NCBI GenBank assembly: GCA_951406725.2
Contig: OX597815.1
Coordinates: 46,190,001-46,254,000, forward strand
Length of the DNA: 64,000 nucleotides
From: Octopus vulgaris
Lineage: Eukaryota
Direction of reading: 5' to 3'
Shown here piece by piece: positions 12,797 through 28,485 of this stretch; the first letter of the stretch is position 1, and each line of letters opens with the position of its first letter. The notes below the pieces were generated by a model. It was not told where the DNA came from, made no database searches, and saw nothing but the letters and a program-made list of their open reading frames with translations. The position numbers and the translations under genes are program-made.

Positions 12797-13119
12797 GCAT
12801 GCAGTTTTTAAAGATCTACTTCTGTGTACATAAGCATATGGACGCATGCATACACACATACATACACACGTACCTACCTACATACATGTATACACGCAAA
12901 GAAGCATGGGGCGTGGAATAGTGGATGTTAAAACGATGATGGTAATGATGATGATGATGATGATGTTGATAATGATACATACAAAATACATATCTATACA
13001 TACACAAATATAAGTACACTCATATACACACACACACACACATATATATATATTTATTTATAAATATATATATATATATGCATGCATATATATATACATA
13101 TATGTATATATGTGTGTGT

Positions 13120-13156
<37 letters not shown>

Positions 13157-13159
<3 letters not shown>

Positions 13160-13520
13160 TTTTACTCTTTTATTCGTTTCAGTCATTTGACTGCGGTCAT
13201 GCTGGTGCACCGCTTTATTCGAACAAACCGACCCCAGTTGTAAGGACAATACTTATTCTCTGTGTCTCTTTTGTCGAACCGCTAAGTTACGGGGACGTGA
13301 ACACACCAACTTCAGTTGTCAAGCGATGGTGGGTGGACAAACACAGACACACAAACATACACACATATACCCGACAGGCTTCTTTCAGTTTCCGTCTACC
13401 AAATCGACTGAGAAGGCTTTGGTCGGTCCGAGGCTATAGTAGAAGTCACTTACCCAAAATGCCACACAGTGAGACTGAATCCAGAACCATGTGGTTGGTA
13501 AGCAAGCTACTTACCACATA
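13157..13520 (-). mobile_element. SINE family A
   Basis: Reverse complement of the family A consensus. Confidence 0.9.
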
Positions 13521-13712
13521 CCCACTCCAACATGGTATGTATACATATAATGCATACACGTGCACAAACACGCACATAGAGACAGATACACACACGCATA
13601 CAGAAACGTATGCCCACACACACACACAGACACATCCTATACTATATAAATCATATTTGTAAGTAAACTTGCAGATATAGAATCATTCCGTAATAAAATG
13701 GTAATATACGTA

Positions 13713-13765
<53 letters not shown>

Positions 13766-13803
13766 ATATGTATGAATGTATGTAAGTATACACACACACA
13801 CAC

Positions 13804-13842
<39 letters not shown>

Positions 13843-14385
13843 TGACAAATAGGCACTTGGTCTCGTTGCAAATACAGCCACAGAGACCATTCCAAGGCTT
13901 AAGAAGAAACGATGTAAAAAGTGAACGTAGCATTACTCTATTAACTGCATTCGGTTCCATCCTCTTGAAGCTTCGAAAGATGACTTATAGTGACAGAGAA
14001 AATGATTCAAAAGTCAAAATGAAGATATTGTTTTTGATCAGACGGAATAGCGTTAAAAGGAATTTTATATATTGGTAAAGGAGAGTAGAAGATCTAGAAT
14101 GAGCAAGTTCATAGTCACGCATCTAAACGTTGCATATCTATAAATATAAATGTATATGTGTGTGTTTGTATATGTGTATGTATGTGTATACATTTATAAA
14201 GGAGAGGCAGAGGTTGTGTGTATATTTTATGTAAGTTTATGAGTAAACTAGTGAACATAGAAAACATTCAATGCAATTCAATTCGTTCATTCATCCATTG
14301 TTTAGTATTGTCTCATTGAATAGACGAATTACTGACACAACATTAAGTGGACAAACATTGCCATACCCTATATGTATATGCGTGT

Positions 14386-14473
<88 letters not shown>

Positions 14474-14500
14474 GTATATATTCATACATATATATATATG

Positions 14501-14544
<44 letters not shown>

Positions 14545-14582
14545 TGTATGTACATGTGTGTGTGTGCATCTAAATATGCGCT

Positions 14583-14647
<65 letters not shown>

Positions 14648-14820
14648 GCCAAGAGAAAGAGAGTGACAAGCACAAAGGCGAAAATGATAGATAGAAAGCA
14701 AATAATCGTGTGAACTGGAGTAAAGCAGATACATTTCTATTTATCAACCTAATTCTCTTTCATATACAAATATATATATATATATATATATATACATACA
14801 TATGTGTATGCATGAATATA

Positions 14821-15275
14821 AAGGGTGTTCGGGCTAAATTTGACAGTTTGCAAGAAAGGGAAAAGAAAACAATATCCCATCCTAAAATAACCAAAAATAA
14901 CATTAAAAAATGCAAACTAGATTATGGTTTACTCAATGTAGCCGTACTCAGCTTCCACCAGGGCCTTGAGACGGTTCCGGAACCTGGTGCATGCGTTTTT
15001 CATTGTTTCACTGCAACGATCTTCGAACATCTCCTTGATCATGGCCACCAGCTCAACCTTGGTGTTGAAGGTAGAGTGGTTGCAGTCTTTCTCAACCATG
15101 CACCACACATAGTAATCAGTGGGATTACAATTGGGGAGGTTTGGAGGCTAGAAATCGGCGCAAAGTGAAGCCATAGAAATTCTCCGACAACCACTTCTAA
15201 CTCATTACGGAGGTACGGTATGGAGCCGAATCCTGCTGCCACACATATGGTCTTCCAGCAGCAATCCATTCCAGT
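14821..15275 (-). mobile_element. maT/DD37D-like Tc1-mariner transposase C-terminus plus one end
   Basis: Minus-strand reading ...PPNLPNCNPTDYYVWCMVEKD...NACTRFRNRLKALVEAEYGYIE* (SPD.NPLDYYVW-like); terminus aagggtgttcgggctaaatttgac after TA. Confidence 0.8.
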
Positions 15276-16139
15276 CGGGATTTGACCACAGTCTCTCTTT
15301 GCCGTAGCCAGTCACTTCTTTTCCTTCTTCGTTGTGTCCAATGTCTCCTTTGCGAGTGAGAGCGCAAGCTGGACAACTTTAAAAATGAGGATTTGGTGAG
15401 ATATGGATATCTGATGAATGCTTGAATTTAATATTAAGTTTTCTGCATTGCTGTATTCATAATCGTTATTAACTATGACGCATTGGTAGTTTTATTCCAT
15501 GTTTGTTCTTATGTAGATTAGTAGATTTGTTGAAGTTTAGGAGCGTGATCTGTCTTACTCTTTGCTATAACCATTATGTGCAGATGGCGTCTACACTCAT
15601 GAGTACACAAATACATGCTTATAGAACAGAAGTACACCTATCATAAATCCTAATAATTCACTCACTTTCTGTTTATGTTGAAGCAAATTAGTCTAAAAGT
15701 AAGCAAGAAACGAAGGTGATTGTGAGAAATAGCGACTGACAGACACTCTGTGTGAAAGCCAAGCCAAGTTAAAAAGATTGAGATAGCTATGTGTGAATAC
15801 GTTTTGGTAAATGGTGCAGAAATTGCTGCAATCAAATGTTTCAAAAATCTGTTTCAGGAATATAATACATGAAGTGATATATAATAAATTTCAGAAATAG
15901 AAACAAAAAGAAACATTATCCATTATTCACTCATCCTATTAATTGCTTTGTTTTAGATGAATTCCTTGAAGAAATTACCTTTGTATTTTGTGAGAGAACA
16001 GGTACAACTATGATGTAGAATAGTAATTTTGTCAATATCTAAGAGCTTATGAAAAGGAACTATTTTCGTATTTGTATCAGCCTATTTGCTATCAAATTAT
16101 CAAGTTTAATTGAATATGATACATGATTCTAAATATCGA

Positions 16140-16540
16140 TGCGTGTGTAGTAAGAAGCTTGCTTCCCAACCACATGGTTCCAGGTTCAATCCCACTGCGC
16201 GGCACCTTGGGCAAATGTCTTCTACTATAGCCTCGTGAGTGGATTTGGTAAACGGAAACTGAAGGAAGCCCGTCTTATATATATGAATATATCTTTGTGT
16301 GTGAGTGTATCTGTGCCTATGTTTGGTTCCCCCCACCATCACCACTTGACAATCAGTGCTGGTGTATTTATGTCCACGTAGCTTAGCCGTTCAGCAAAAG
16401 AGTTACAGAATAAGTACCAAGCTTCAAAGAAAAACAAATAAGTACTGGAGTCGATACATTCTGCTAAAAAAATTTCCTCAAGGCGGTGCCCCGGCATGGC
16501 TGCAGTCTAATGACTGAAACAAGTAAAATGCAGAAGATAA
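16140..16540 (+). mobile_element. SINE family A
   Basis: Head-core-3' end match. Confidence 0.9.
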
Positions 16541-16896
16541 AATATATATGTAATTAAGTAGCGTGCACATTTTCTGGAAAAATTCCTTTCTTAAGAAATG
16601 TGATTGTGACTTATCTTATGAATGCAGAGTGTATCTCACCGGTTTCTAACTTATATCCCTTACAACATTTCGACGTTTCGAGTATAGTGCCGTCAACTAT
16701 CTACCACCAGCATTAACCATGTTCTGTCTTATAAAGAATTACTAACCGTTATTTCTTGGCTAATTTCCAAAGTTTTGTTCACTTTTAACATTACAGAAGA
16801 AACAAGGCGTGAAAACAATAACCGAACATACATTTCTATTGATTATGAAACTTTGCTTGTTTCTTTAAAGGTTTAGTCACTATTCTGTGCAGCTTA

Positions 16897-17108
16897 AGGC
16901 GGCGAGCTGGCAAGCCAGGGAAATGTTTAGCAAGCCAGGGAAATGTTTAGCGGCATTTAATTTCTGAGTTCAAATTCTGCAGAGATTGACTTTGCCTTTC
17001 ATCCTTTCGGGGTCGATAAAATAAGTACCAATTGATCATTGGAATCAATTTAATTGACTTACACCATCCCCGAAATTGCTGGGCTTGTACTAAAATTTGA
17101 AACCACTA
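16897..17108 (+). mobile_element. SINE family B with an internal 20-bp tandem duplication
   Basis: ggcggcgagctgg...(caagccagggaaatgtttag)x2...cctttcatcctttcggggtcgataaa. Confidence 0.9.
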
Positions 17109-18652
17109 TTTCATGCAGTTACATAAATAGAAATACTTCTTGTTTCAAAGCAAAACAACATTGCACCATAGAATATATGAACAAAAAATATGTGACGAAA
17201 GATTTCCAGACAATGGGCATAAGATAAAATAGAAACAATAACAAACGAATGAAGAACGAATATATAGTGCGTGTGTTTATTTGGCAAGGAAAACAATGAC
17301 CACTCCGAAATATATCAATACAGATTATTATTTCACCTCATAAAAATGTCCCACTTCAAGTAATATCACTGAATACGGCATAATCTTTAAAATTCCTCCA
17401 TATTCTTCTACAAGACTTGTTTTTCTCTTTAAGTCATGTTTCCGCTTTCGCCCTAACTACACTGCCAAATAAGGAGTAAGAGAGACAATGAGAAAATGGA
17501 GTGGAATGGATAAATAGATAGACAGATAGATGGATAAATTGATTGATAGATAGAGCAAGAGAGACAGAAAGAGAGAGCTTTACCAAACACATTAATCATA
17601 AAGAGATAAAGAAAAAAAACTACTCGGAAATCCCACCTCTCCGTTTTTTCACCGCGGTTACAACTACAACAGTACATCGCATCTATACCTATTTTTTTGT
17701 TAAGAAGAATGCTATGGAAGTGATAAAGAATATCTCGTCTCTCCCTGTCTATCTGTCTCTTTGTCTGTCAGTTCCTCTTTTTCTCTTTCTCACTCTCTCT
17801 GTCTCTCTCTGTCTCTCGCTCTCTTCCTGTACCATGCTTACAAGTATAGGCGATTATGGCACTTTATGCCCTCCTGTCCCATACGCAGTTTTGCTCTTTA
17901 TTACGGAAGCTGTCTAGAAAGATCAACGGGAATCTTCTCTCTCTCCTCGCTCTCTCTCTCTTTCTTCCCCTCTCTCTCTTTCTTCCCTCTCTCTCTCTTT
18001 CTCCCTCTATCTCTCTCGCTCTTTCTCCTTCTCTTTCTTTCTTTGTGAGTGCGTATGTCATCTCTCGCGTCCGTTCTCCTTTCAGTTTCTTAGTTGTCAG
18101 CAGATATCTTATGATAATTCTGCTTGTTCCGCCGTTACTTAGCCCATCCGTAACGCTTCCACCTGATTAGTTAAAGTGGGGTGAGAGGGCTCTCACAGAG
18201 TGTAATTTTTTTCTGAACTAAGTTTTTTCCTTCCGTTACTTAGCCCGTCCGTGACGCTTTCACGTGATTAGTTGAAGGGAAAGAAAAAGGAGAGAGAAAA
18301 GCTGGTAAGGCGAAGAGTGAGAGAGAGAAAAGGAGAGTGGTGTGTATTAAGTCTATAAAATTGTGCATAAATTATATAAATTATATTTTTGCCTGCTGAG
18401 GGGTTGGAGCAAGGTGAAATGTTCTTTGTTCAAGATACAAAGCCATATCCCGATCTCGAAATCGAAACTACAATCGTACAATATTGAGTCCAATTTGAGT
18501 CCAACACCTTAACCACTAAGGCAGGCGCCTACACTCAAACACCACGCATATACGTATATATATATATCCATATATATATATATATAGGTATACATATATT
18601 TATGTATATATGTATATATATTTATATATGTATGTATATATACATATATATA

Positions 18653-18690
<38 letters not shown>

Positions 18691-18719
18691 TATACATATA
18701 TCTATACACACATATGTAT

Positions 18720-18779
<60 letters not shown>

Positions 18780-18977
18780 TTATCTGTGTTTGTGTGTATA
18801 TATATGTATATTATATGCTTCTATGCACGCTATTATAAAACTTTCATGTTTGGAAATTCACCAAGAATGAGTAAACGGATTGCATTGCTGGTCTCACTTA
18901 AAAGAAAATCTTGATGTACGCGCTCGAGTACGAGTGAGCGTGTATGTGTGTGTGTGTGTGTGTGTGTGCGTGTGTGG

Positions 18978-19016
<39 letters not shown>

Positions 19017-19369
19017 AAGTGAGACAGTTGTGTATATTTGTGAGTAGATGTGTTTGTACATCATAATAATTTTAGTTGCTTTCGAAAAGAAGAGACCGGA
19101 TGCAGGTGAAGGCCATATTTCTTTCGCAAGTCATCGCCACCTGGCAAGCATAAGTATGCACTTCTTGAATGCTTACTCTACCAGCTCTTGCGACGTACAT
19201 CCTGTGGCAGTATGATTGATGCACTCTGTTGATACCCACACCAGATCACAACTGTTTGTTTCTTAGTCAGGAGTAATTTTACGCATATTTCAGTGTTTCG
19301 TTTGCCCGTTGTTTTTTGTTTAATTCGGTCGATTTTTATCTATTTTCTGACATCCTGATTCATCCCACA

Positions 19370-20135
19370 CACATACATACATACATACATACATACATAC
19401 ATACATACATACATACATACATACATACACACACACATACATACATACATACATACATACATACATACATACATACAACATACATACATACATACATACA
19501 CACATACATATATAAATACATACATACATACATACACACATACATATATAAATACATACATACATACACACAAACATATATAAATACATTCATGCATACA
19601 TACATGCATACATATTTACATACATACATGCATACATACATACATACATACATGCATACATACATACATACATACATGCATACATACATACATACATACA
19701 TGCATGCATGCATAATTCATACATACATACATACATACATGCATGCATGCATAATTAATACATACATACATACATACATACATACATACATACATACATA
19801 CATACACACATACATATATAAATACATACATACATACATACACACATACATACATATATAAATACATACATACATACACACATACATATATAAATACATT
19901 CATGCATACATACATGCATACATACATACATACATACATGCATACATACATACATACATACATGCATACATACATACATACATGCATACATACATACATA
20001 CATACATACATGCATGCATGCATAATTCATACATACATACATACATGCATGCATGCATAATTCATACATACATACATACATACATACATACATACATACA
20101 TACATACATACATACATACATACATACATACATAC
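19370..20135. repeat. Compound (CATA)n microsatellite with higher-order duplication
   Basis: Direct reading. Confidence 0.95.
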
Positions 20136-20352
20136 GTATGTGTGTGGTGTGTTTGTAGGGATAATGACTGTTTGCATGAAGATAGGTTTATAAACACATG
20201 TGTTTACGAAAATCAGAATTTAAAGAAAAATTTATGTTTTCCATTTTTTCTTTCTCTTTTCGTAAGACATAACATTAATTTTCATTTTTATTGCGTGTAC
20301 TTCGTCTTATTTTTTGAATAATTTTTGTTGGCATCATTCGTTCTGTCGTTAC

Positions 20353-20395
20353 TGATGATGATGATGATGATGATGACGACGACGACGACGACGAC

Positions 20396-20430
<35 letters not shown>

Positions 20431-20580
20431 CGATGACGATGGTGATCACGACAACAACGACGACGACGACGATGATGATGATGATATTGATGATGAATAT
20501 GATTATGATAATGATAATGATGACGATGATCACGACTATGATGGTGATGATGATAATGATGATGATGATGGCGATGGTGG
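20353..20580. repeat. (GAT/GAC)n compound trinucleotide repeat
   Basis: Direct reading. Confidence 0.95.
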
Positions 20581-21195
20581 TGCTGGGTTTAGTGGGGGCA
20601 GTATTAGCAATGCTAGTGTTTCTATTGCTTTTGGTTCAACTATCCCACCCCCCACCTTTTTTTTTTTTTTGCTATTTGTTTTATATGTCACACATTTTCT
20701 TTTTTTTGCGGCTCTTCTGCTATCTGCCTTAATGTATTTGACATCTGTGTTTTTTTTTATACTTCCACTTTGGAAGAATTGCCTACCATTAAACGATAGA
20801 CGTATTTCAGCAAACAGCTGAAAGCTGAAGGCATAGGATGTTCGAGATGGAGAGAGAAAGAGAGAGGCAGTGAGAGTAATGATAGGAAAACAATAACAAC
20901 AACAACAGAAAGAAAAAAACAAAAACATACGAAACATATGCAAACGGAAAACTAAACAAATTCAATCCTAGTTTAAAGCTGAGGTTTCAATTTGTTCATT
21001 TATATAATGGTTACCATTTGGTACGGAGCAAAAACGGTGTAAAAAACAAAATAGTTTAATTATATGAATGTGTGAAAGATTAAATCACTCAACACCGCAT
21101 ACACACACACACGCGCGCGCGCGCGTGCGTTCACACGTACACTCACAAGCACACACATATACACACATGTATGTAAATGCTGTGTTGAACGACAC

Positions 21196-21234
<39 letters not shown>

Positions 21235-22397
21235 TATATATATATATATGTCTGTATGTATCTACGTCTAATTCTAATTCTACGCGTATATATACACATA
21301 CATACATACATAAACATGTATATGTATATACGTATATATGTATGTTTAATTTTCAAAGATCAAACAGAAGCACGATACAGCAACGAACGGAAAATACACT
21401 CACAAGATATAGCTGTGCTCATTCCTCGTTCGGTATCGTCCAAAAAATCCTTTCAATTTCACGCCTTTATATACAGATTGGTGAACGTATGTGTTTACAA
21501 AAAGCAAAAAAATAACGAAGAAATGTGCCCAGTGCAAGAATTTGAGCTTGTATACTTTTATTAGGGGTTCAATATTCTTAACTTTTGAAAGTTTCCCGTA
21601 ATCAATCATTTAAATTATGTCAAGAAGGGAAGCAGCGTGACAATGCATAAGCAAAAATATTCCTAAATTCATCAATATGTAATTAAGTTATTACATTTTG
21701 ATTGGTTGCTAAAAGACAGTAAATAATGCGTCACGCATTCATCTAATCAAATGTCATATGCAAAACATGGTATGTATTTATGTATTCAAATGGAAATACA
21801 TGCGCTATTTTCGCGTATCTGGTAGCATATCTATAAAGCGTATAACAATAAAGAATGTGACAATTGTTAAAGTAGTTTTGATATTCGTTTATGAATGACC
21901 AACTTCTTTTTTTTTACATTATATTTTTCAGAATATAGAAAATCAATTATCATCAATAATATAGAAAATCAATTACGTAGAAAATAAGCTATTTTAGACA
22001 GTTGTGCCATATCTCCTAATTGGAAATGTACGTCAGAGACCGCATAGTGACCTATCATTTGTCCATAGAGAAACTACATAGATAGTAGCTGAACCAACCG
22101 GCAGAAGACTTAGGCGTAGACAAAGAACGAGTTGACTGTATAATACCAATAACCTCAGGACTTATAGATGAGGTGCCTGAGGACTCTACACCACAATACT
22201 CCCAGAAATATTTGGCAGAGAAGATGGATGGAAAAAATGATTATTAATTTTAATTGTTATATAATTACTGGCGCCAGTAATAATTGAAATAATATTACTA
22301 AAATGGAAAATTGCTTTCAATGTTGCAGTCGAAAATTATTCGATCGGAATCGATAAATGTCCATGCTTTGTATATCCCAATATGCATTCATGTACAA

Positions 22398-22645
22398 AGG
22401 CGGCGAGCTGGCAGAAACGTTAGCACGCCGGGCGAAATGCTTAGCTTGATACCTTTGTTTGTCCTTGTTTGTTCCCTCTATGTTTAACACCTTGTGGGCA
22501 ATAAAGAAATAAGAATTGTTCGTACGACTTTGCCTTTCATTCATTAGGGGTCGATAAGCAAATTATCAGTTGAGCACTGGTGTCAATGTAATCAACTTAA
22601 CCCCTCCCTCGAAATTGCTGGCCTTGTGCCAAAGTTTGAAACCAA
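22398..22645 (+). mobile_element. Rearranged or nested SINE family B pieces
   Basis: Head ggcggcgagctggcagaaacgttagc, then a 3' tail, then a core-to-end fragment. Confidence 0.8.
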
Positions 22646-22651
22646 TACGTA

Positions 22652-22695
<44 letters not shown>

Positions 22696-23360
22696 TCAAC
22701 TTGTGTGTTTGTGTGTGTATCTGTGTGTGTGCCTGCGTGTTTAACTTCCCGGCACATCTCCTCCTAGCCAACAAATCGTAGAACCACCAAAAATGGGTCA
22801 CTTAAAGTTTAGGCGAATGAAAATTGAACTGCGCTATTTCTGTTCCGAAATTCATCTCGCAAGTGCAAAAATCGATAATGTGCCTTATCCCATGCATTGA
22901 ATAGTGAACTTTACTCAGTCAGCTGTTTGACGTGAACTGTGTTCATCACGCGTGCAAGCATGCGTAAATTGCATGAAAAATAAAAAAATCAAGACATAAA
23001 AACGAATCGCCGTAAACATTGTAGAAATTCGGCAAAGAAATGAATTTTCGGGATGTAACCTGGAGGGTTTTTTCGTATTAATCGTTTGGACTTTGTGAAC
23101 ACATACCAATTGTTTTCATAACATTTTTAACGCTTCGAATTAAATGTGACCATTTTGCGTTGAGTCTGCAGTTTGAATCACTTTAACCAAATTTTAGCAG
23201 ACCGGATTTTTGATCATCACGATACATCGCCTGCGACTCCCTGAAACTCTCCCCTGAAATCCCCGTTGAGAAATCTATCATATATAATAATAATACTTTG
23301 AATGTGACTCCTGAGAAAGAGTAAAAGTAATTATCCGATGAACGACAGGTATTACTGCTA

Positions 23361-23442
<82 letters not shown>

Positions 23443-24362
23443 CAAACTACATACATGTTCTATGTACGATGTAGTTTGTTCATTGTTATTTCATTTTGTT
23501 TTTCTTCCGTTCATTAAACAGAGAAAGATTCAATCTCCGAGGTACAATATACGTATGTTGGTATCTACATTTATAGCAAGGATAAGAATACATAATCATC
23601 AGAGTGTCTTGCTCTTGAAAGAGAAAAGAAGTGAAGTCAGATATTGCAAACGTGTATTGAGTGAAAATCACCTCAAAGAACGTCAAAGCGTCCAAGAAAA
23701 TCAAAAACAATCGTATAACAATCTATAGCACACATGGATGCTCAGATTAAAATTGTGATTAAATATGGCACTTCAAACATATGCCTGTTACTGGTTTCAG
23801 CCAAAAGCTGGGGCCATTATGGAGCACCGCCTTTCGGTGTGTTTGGGTCTCCCTTTTGTATTATTTTTGGTGAAAAAGCGAGTTGGATGTTAAACAAGTT
23901 GCGGTCCCTTGAAATCAAAGCTGTTGTTGTAGTACTGGATCCTTATTGAAAATGGAGTAGACGGGACTACTGTGTTTTGGACATCATGAAACGATGCACT
24001 AGAAATATACGTGAATACATGTGACAGTATAAAATGTGAAGGAAATATGCAAATCGCAGATGCAGGCCCAACTATGAATAGAAACATATTAGAAAACAAA
24101 GTTAAAATAATTACATCAGTAGGCATGGTCAATATAATTATTAAAAGCTGGCTATGATAATGAAATCGATCAATTCAAATGTAACAATCGACAAACATGA
24201 CATTGGTACGCGACAACACGACACCATAGTTTATTTATTTATGTGCTTCTGTGTGTCTGAATGTGTGCGTATATGTATATAAATGTGTGTGTGTGTATAG
24301 GCATAATTATGCTTATGTTTGTATTTATATATGTAGAAGATAATATATATATATGGGGATGG

Positions 24363-24420
<58 letters not shown>

Positions 24421-24610
24421 CATACAAACACACACACACACACACTCACACATATATACATATATATATGGGGTAGGGAGTTGTAAAATTCTAATTTATA
24501 ATATGAAAGGCGTTAACCGACGAAAGTAGGTTCGAATCCCAAGTGGCATAAGTTATTTTTCTTAGTATTCATTTTCTGCGTACATAAGGTCTCATAACAC
24601 ACACACACTT

Positions 24611-24673
<63 letters not shown>

Positions 24674-24950
24674 GCTATCTATATATCTATCTAATGTACT
24701 GATCCGTGATAGAAAATTCAACAAAAATAGTATTCCATCTAATGAGAGATAAATATTAGTAGCGCTTTAATACATGTATTGTGACTTATTCATATGAGCA
24801 TATTTCTTGTAGAATCTTACAATGTAAAAGAAGTATATTTATAAAATCTATTGACATATAATGTGTATGTACACATGCATATTATGTCCTCTTTTCTCTC
24901 AATTGTTGGTATTTATACGTGTATAGATACCCTCATATTTTCTGTCTGTT

Positions 24951-24994
<44 letters not shown>

Positions 24995-26495
24995 ACTAAC
25001 TATTTATACACATACACGTACACGTACACACACTCACATATATGCATATATAATTCTGTGGATTCAATTCCTGGAGAGACAGTGCATTGTGTTTTTGAGC
25101 AACACACTTCTTTTCACATTGGCTCAGTCTACTCAGCTTTAAATGACTACCTGTCAAGCGCTGCTGTAGCTTTTTTTCCTTTCCAGTAGTCACTTCCCGG
25201 ATGTGCCGTTGGGTGAAAGAGTACATGTACTCACGATAGCGCAGGCATTTTATTTAAGGAAAGCATGGTACATGTCATCGAGTCATGCTCGTTTACGAGT
25301 GACGGCTGGCTCCGCAAAAGAGCATGCCTTGTTAACAACGCACTGCCCAAACAGAACTTGAAACCATGACATTTATGATCGTGAGCTATCCCTGGACTGT
25401 GTCTAATGATGTCGTGAGGGTAGCCGCATGAACAGGCCAACGCACACTCTACCTCTACGCCGATGGATCTTCACGTTATTTTTATCAGTTACATTAGCAG
25501 TAGAAACTGGTCTTCTTACAGCAATAGCTTTCACAGAAATGTTTTAATGAAGAAAACATGATTGGATGGTCATATCCAGTATATAAATCTATTCTTTTGC
25601 GAAAGGAAGAAGCCACTTTAACCTAAGTTTGCACTTTCCATTGCTTAAGAAAGCGGAGACATCTGTTTTTGTTGACCAACTCTTCGTTTTCTTCCGTGCT
25701 TTTTTCCCCACACGTTTCAGAGATATCATAAGGTCATATCATTGCTTTCCCCTATGACTATTCGTTAACAAAGTCCTTAGAGACATGCTGCTATCACAAT
25801 GAAATTTGTTATTATATTAGAAATAATACTTATATATTTGTAAAGAACCCTCGATGCCTAATAAAAATTGGGCAGAAATTGGACGGGGTGTTTTTCTGGA
25901 ATCGAGTAGCATCATATGATACTACTTTCCGGAAGTTACAACCGAAAGCACCACAACGAAGAAATTACAAACTTTTAAATGTTGGGTGCATAAACGCTTA
26001 CCAATTTTAACATCTGCAATGCAGCAAAACCATTTGCAAATAATGAACTTTTGAAATGAAACGTACAACAATTATGTGTTTGTAATATATGAATATATTC
26101 TAATAACCATAGCCTAAGTTATAATTTAGGTTTCCTAAACATATATATATAGATAATATACTGCATTAGTTGACAGTATTATTAAATATTATTATAATCG
26201 AATATAAATTTATATTTGAACACATTGAACAATACACTTAATATATTATCACTTAAAAACACTATAAAATACAGTAATTGCGGTTGATTAAATGAAGGCA
26301 TATTCGGATGATGCTACAGGTTAGGTCAGAAAAATAGGCGCACATTAAAACATGTCCCAAGTATAAACATCTGAATTAATAAGCGAAAAGAGTGATAAAA
26401 CATGGGCATGAAAAATTTAAGAAAACAAAGGATTTCAATAGATATTGAAGATAAAGATTAAGTAAGCAGTTTATCAAAAACTATAATACGCACTT

Positions 26496-26532
<37 letters not shown>

Positions 26533-27330
26533 CGCACACACACGCGCGCACACACACACACACATACACACACACACTCATGTACATACAGATAGATAGA
26601 GATGTATGTACGTATATGTGTATTTCTCTATTGCCCACAGGGGGCTAAACATAGAGGGGACAAACAATAACAAACAAAGGCTTTAAGTCGATCACATCGA
26701 TCCCCAGAAAATATGACTAGAGCAAAAACTCTTCGTTTCATGTTGTATTGCGATCACGTGAACGTAGGAAGTGTGTTAATGCACAGTGAAGACATTTGAT
26801 CAATATAAACAAACCATCTGTGCAGGTGTTTCAGTAAGAAGTTGCGGGGCAATCCTCTACCGCTTACAAGAAAGTCCACTACATATACAGATATAAATAA
26901 ACGCACACATACACACACACACACACACACATACACACACACACACGTACGCACATACGAACGCACATATATAGAAAGGGCTACAAAGTTCATTCCCAAT
27001 GCATTGGTCGGTCGGGGGTTATCGTAAAAGGCATTAACCAAAAGTGCCAAGCAGTGAAACAGAAATTGAAACCATACTACCAATCGAAATCCTTAACGGC
27101 ATAACCTGGCTCATTTCTAACAAAGATGCAAAGCGCCATCGCTGGAATGTAGATAACAACAGCAATATCACATTTTAAACATGAGGAAAGTTTTGCACGT
27201 TTTCACTGTTGCGATTACAAATTGTATTTGCAATGTGCGTGTTAGCTGATTGATTTCTTTTTCTGAAAATTTCAGCTTATCCAAATCGAAAGTTACGTAT
27301 ATATACTCACAAAACCAACTGCACCAATTA

Positions 27331-27692
27331 TCATTCGAGCTTTGGTGTTGGAGAAGACTTTTACGGATTCCATGGACAGTGAGGCTCACCAATGGAGAAG
27401 TTCTTAACCAGATCAAGCCGAAACTGTCGCTAGAAGTTAGGATCACCAAGCATAGATTGGCATATTTTGGACATATTATGCGGAGAAAATCCCTGGAGAA
27501 GGACATCATGCTCGGAATGGTCAGTGGCGAGAGAGGAAGAGGCCGACCAAGAACCTGCTGGCTTGACACCATCAAGAGTGACACGGGACTGACCATAGCC
27601 AATCTGAAAGAAGCGACCCAGGATAGAACTGGAGAACACTGATCCATCGAGTAACCGAGAGTCGACTTCGTCTGAGCGGATAGATAGATAGG
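27331..27692 (+). mobile_element. RTE/BovB-clade LINE 3' fragment
   Basis: FELWCWRRLLRIPWT...LAYFGHIMRR.SLEKDIMLG..SG.RGRGRPR..WLD.IK, followed by a short (GATA)n tail. Confidence 0.93.
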
Positions 27693-27831
27693 TGATCTGG
27701 GTATAGAAGGTAAAGATCTGTTGTTATCCTCTTTCTCTGCTCTTCGCGGAGATATTAACACCAGTAGACAGCTGACTTCAATCACCCAGTCTGTTATATT
27801 TGCACTATGTATGTATATGTATGTATGTATG

Positions 27832-27865
<34 letters not shown>

Positions 27866-28355
27866 TGTATGTATGTACGTATGCATGTATATACGTATCT
27901 ATATTTACCGTATGGTCAACTTTTAATCTATAACATGGGAGGATAAATTGTTTCCTTCAATTTCTGCAATAATAATTCACTTCCGGGTTTGATATGCAAT
28001 GTCGTGTAAAGTGACACCGAAACATGTATATAGCTTCCACTGAGTGTCACAATGTGTATATTTTCTGTACAACTTAATTGTGTCTAAGTTGGAAAGCATA
28101 TTTTAAACATAATTAACTTGCACTCTTGCATGACACATTAAGCTTTTAAGGAAAATATTGTAAACATATGGCTTTACATAATACATACATACAGATCGCG
28201 GGAGCAAACTCACACACACACACGTGTATGTGCGGCTGTGTATGTGTATGTGTACGTGCGTGTATGGATGTGTGTGTGAGCTTATGTATGCATATATGTG
28301 AATGAGTTCTGTGTGTGTGTTTGAATATGCACATGCATATATATATATGTATATG

Positions 28356-28485
<130 letters not shown>

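Noticed and set aside
13078-13662. 194-aa ORF and similar SINE-spanning ORFs (39767-40279, 40237-40605)
   Set aside because: Read through SINE family A antisense plus microsatellites
14710-15168. 152-aa plus-strand ORF
   Set aside because: Antisense to a maT-like transposase fragment, joined to (TA)n
15330-15450. CTGATGA with atgc/gcat stem and upstream pairing
   Set aside because: No GAAA strand or stem III could be assigned; too degenerate to call a ribozyme
20325-20732. Poly-Met/Thr ORF with hydrophobic tail
   Set aside because: (GAT/GAC)n repeat expansion
27168-27785. 205-aa minus-strand ORF
   Set aside because: Antisense shadow of the RTE LINE 3' fragment
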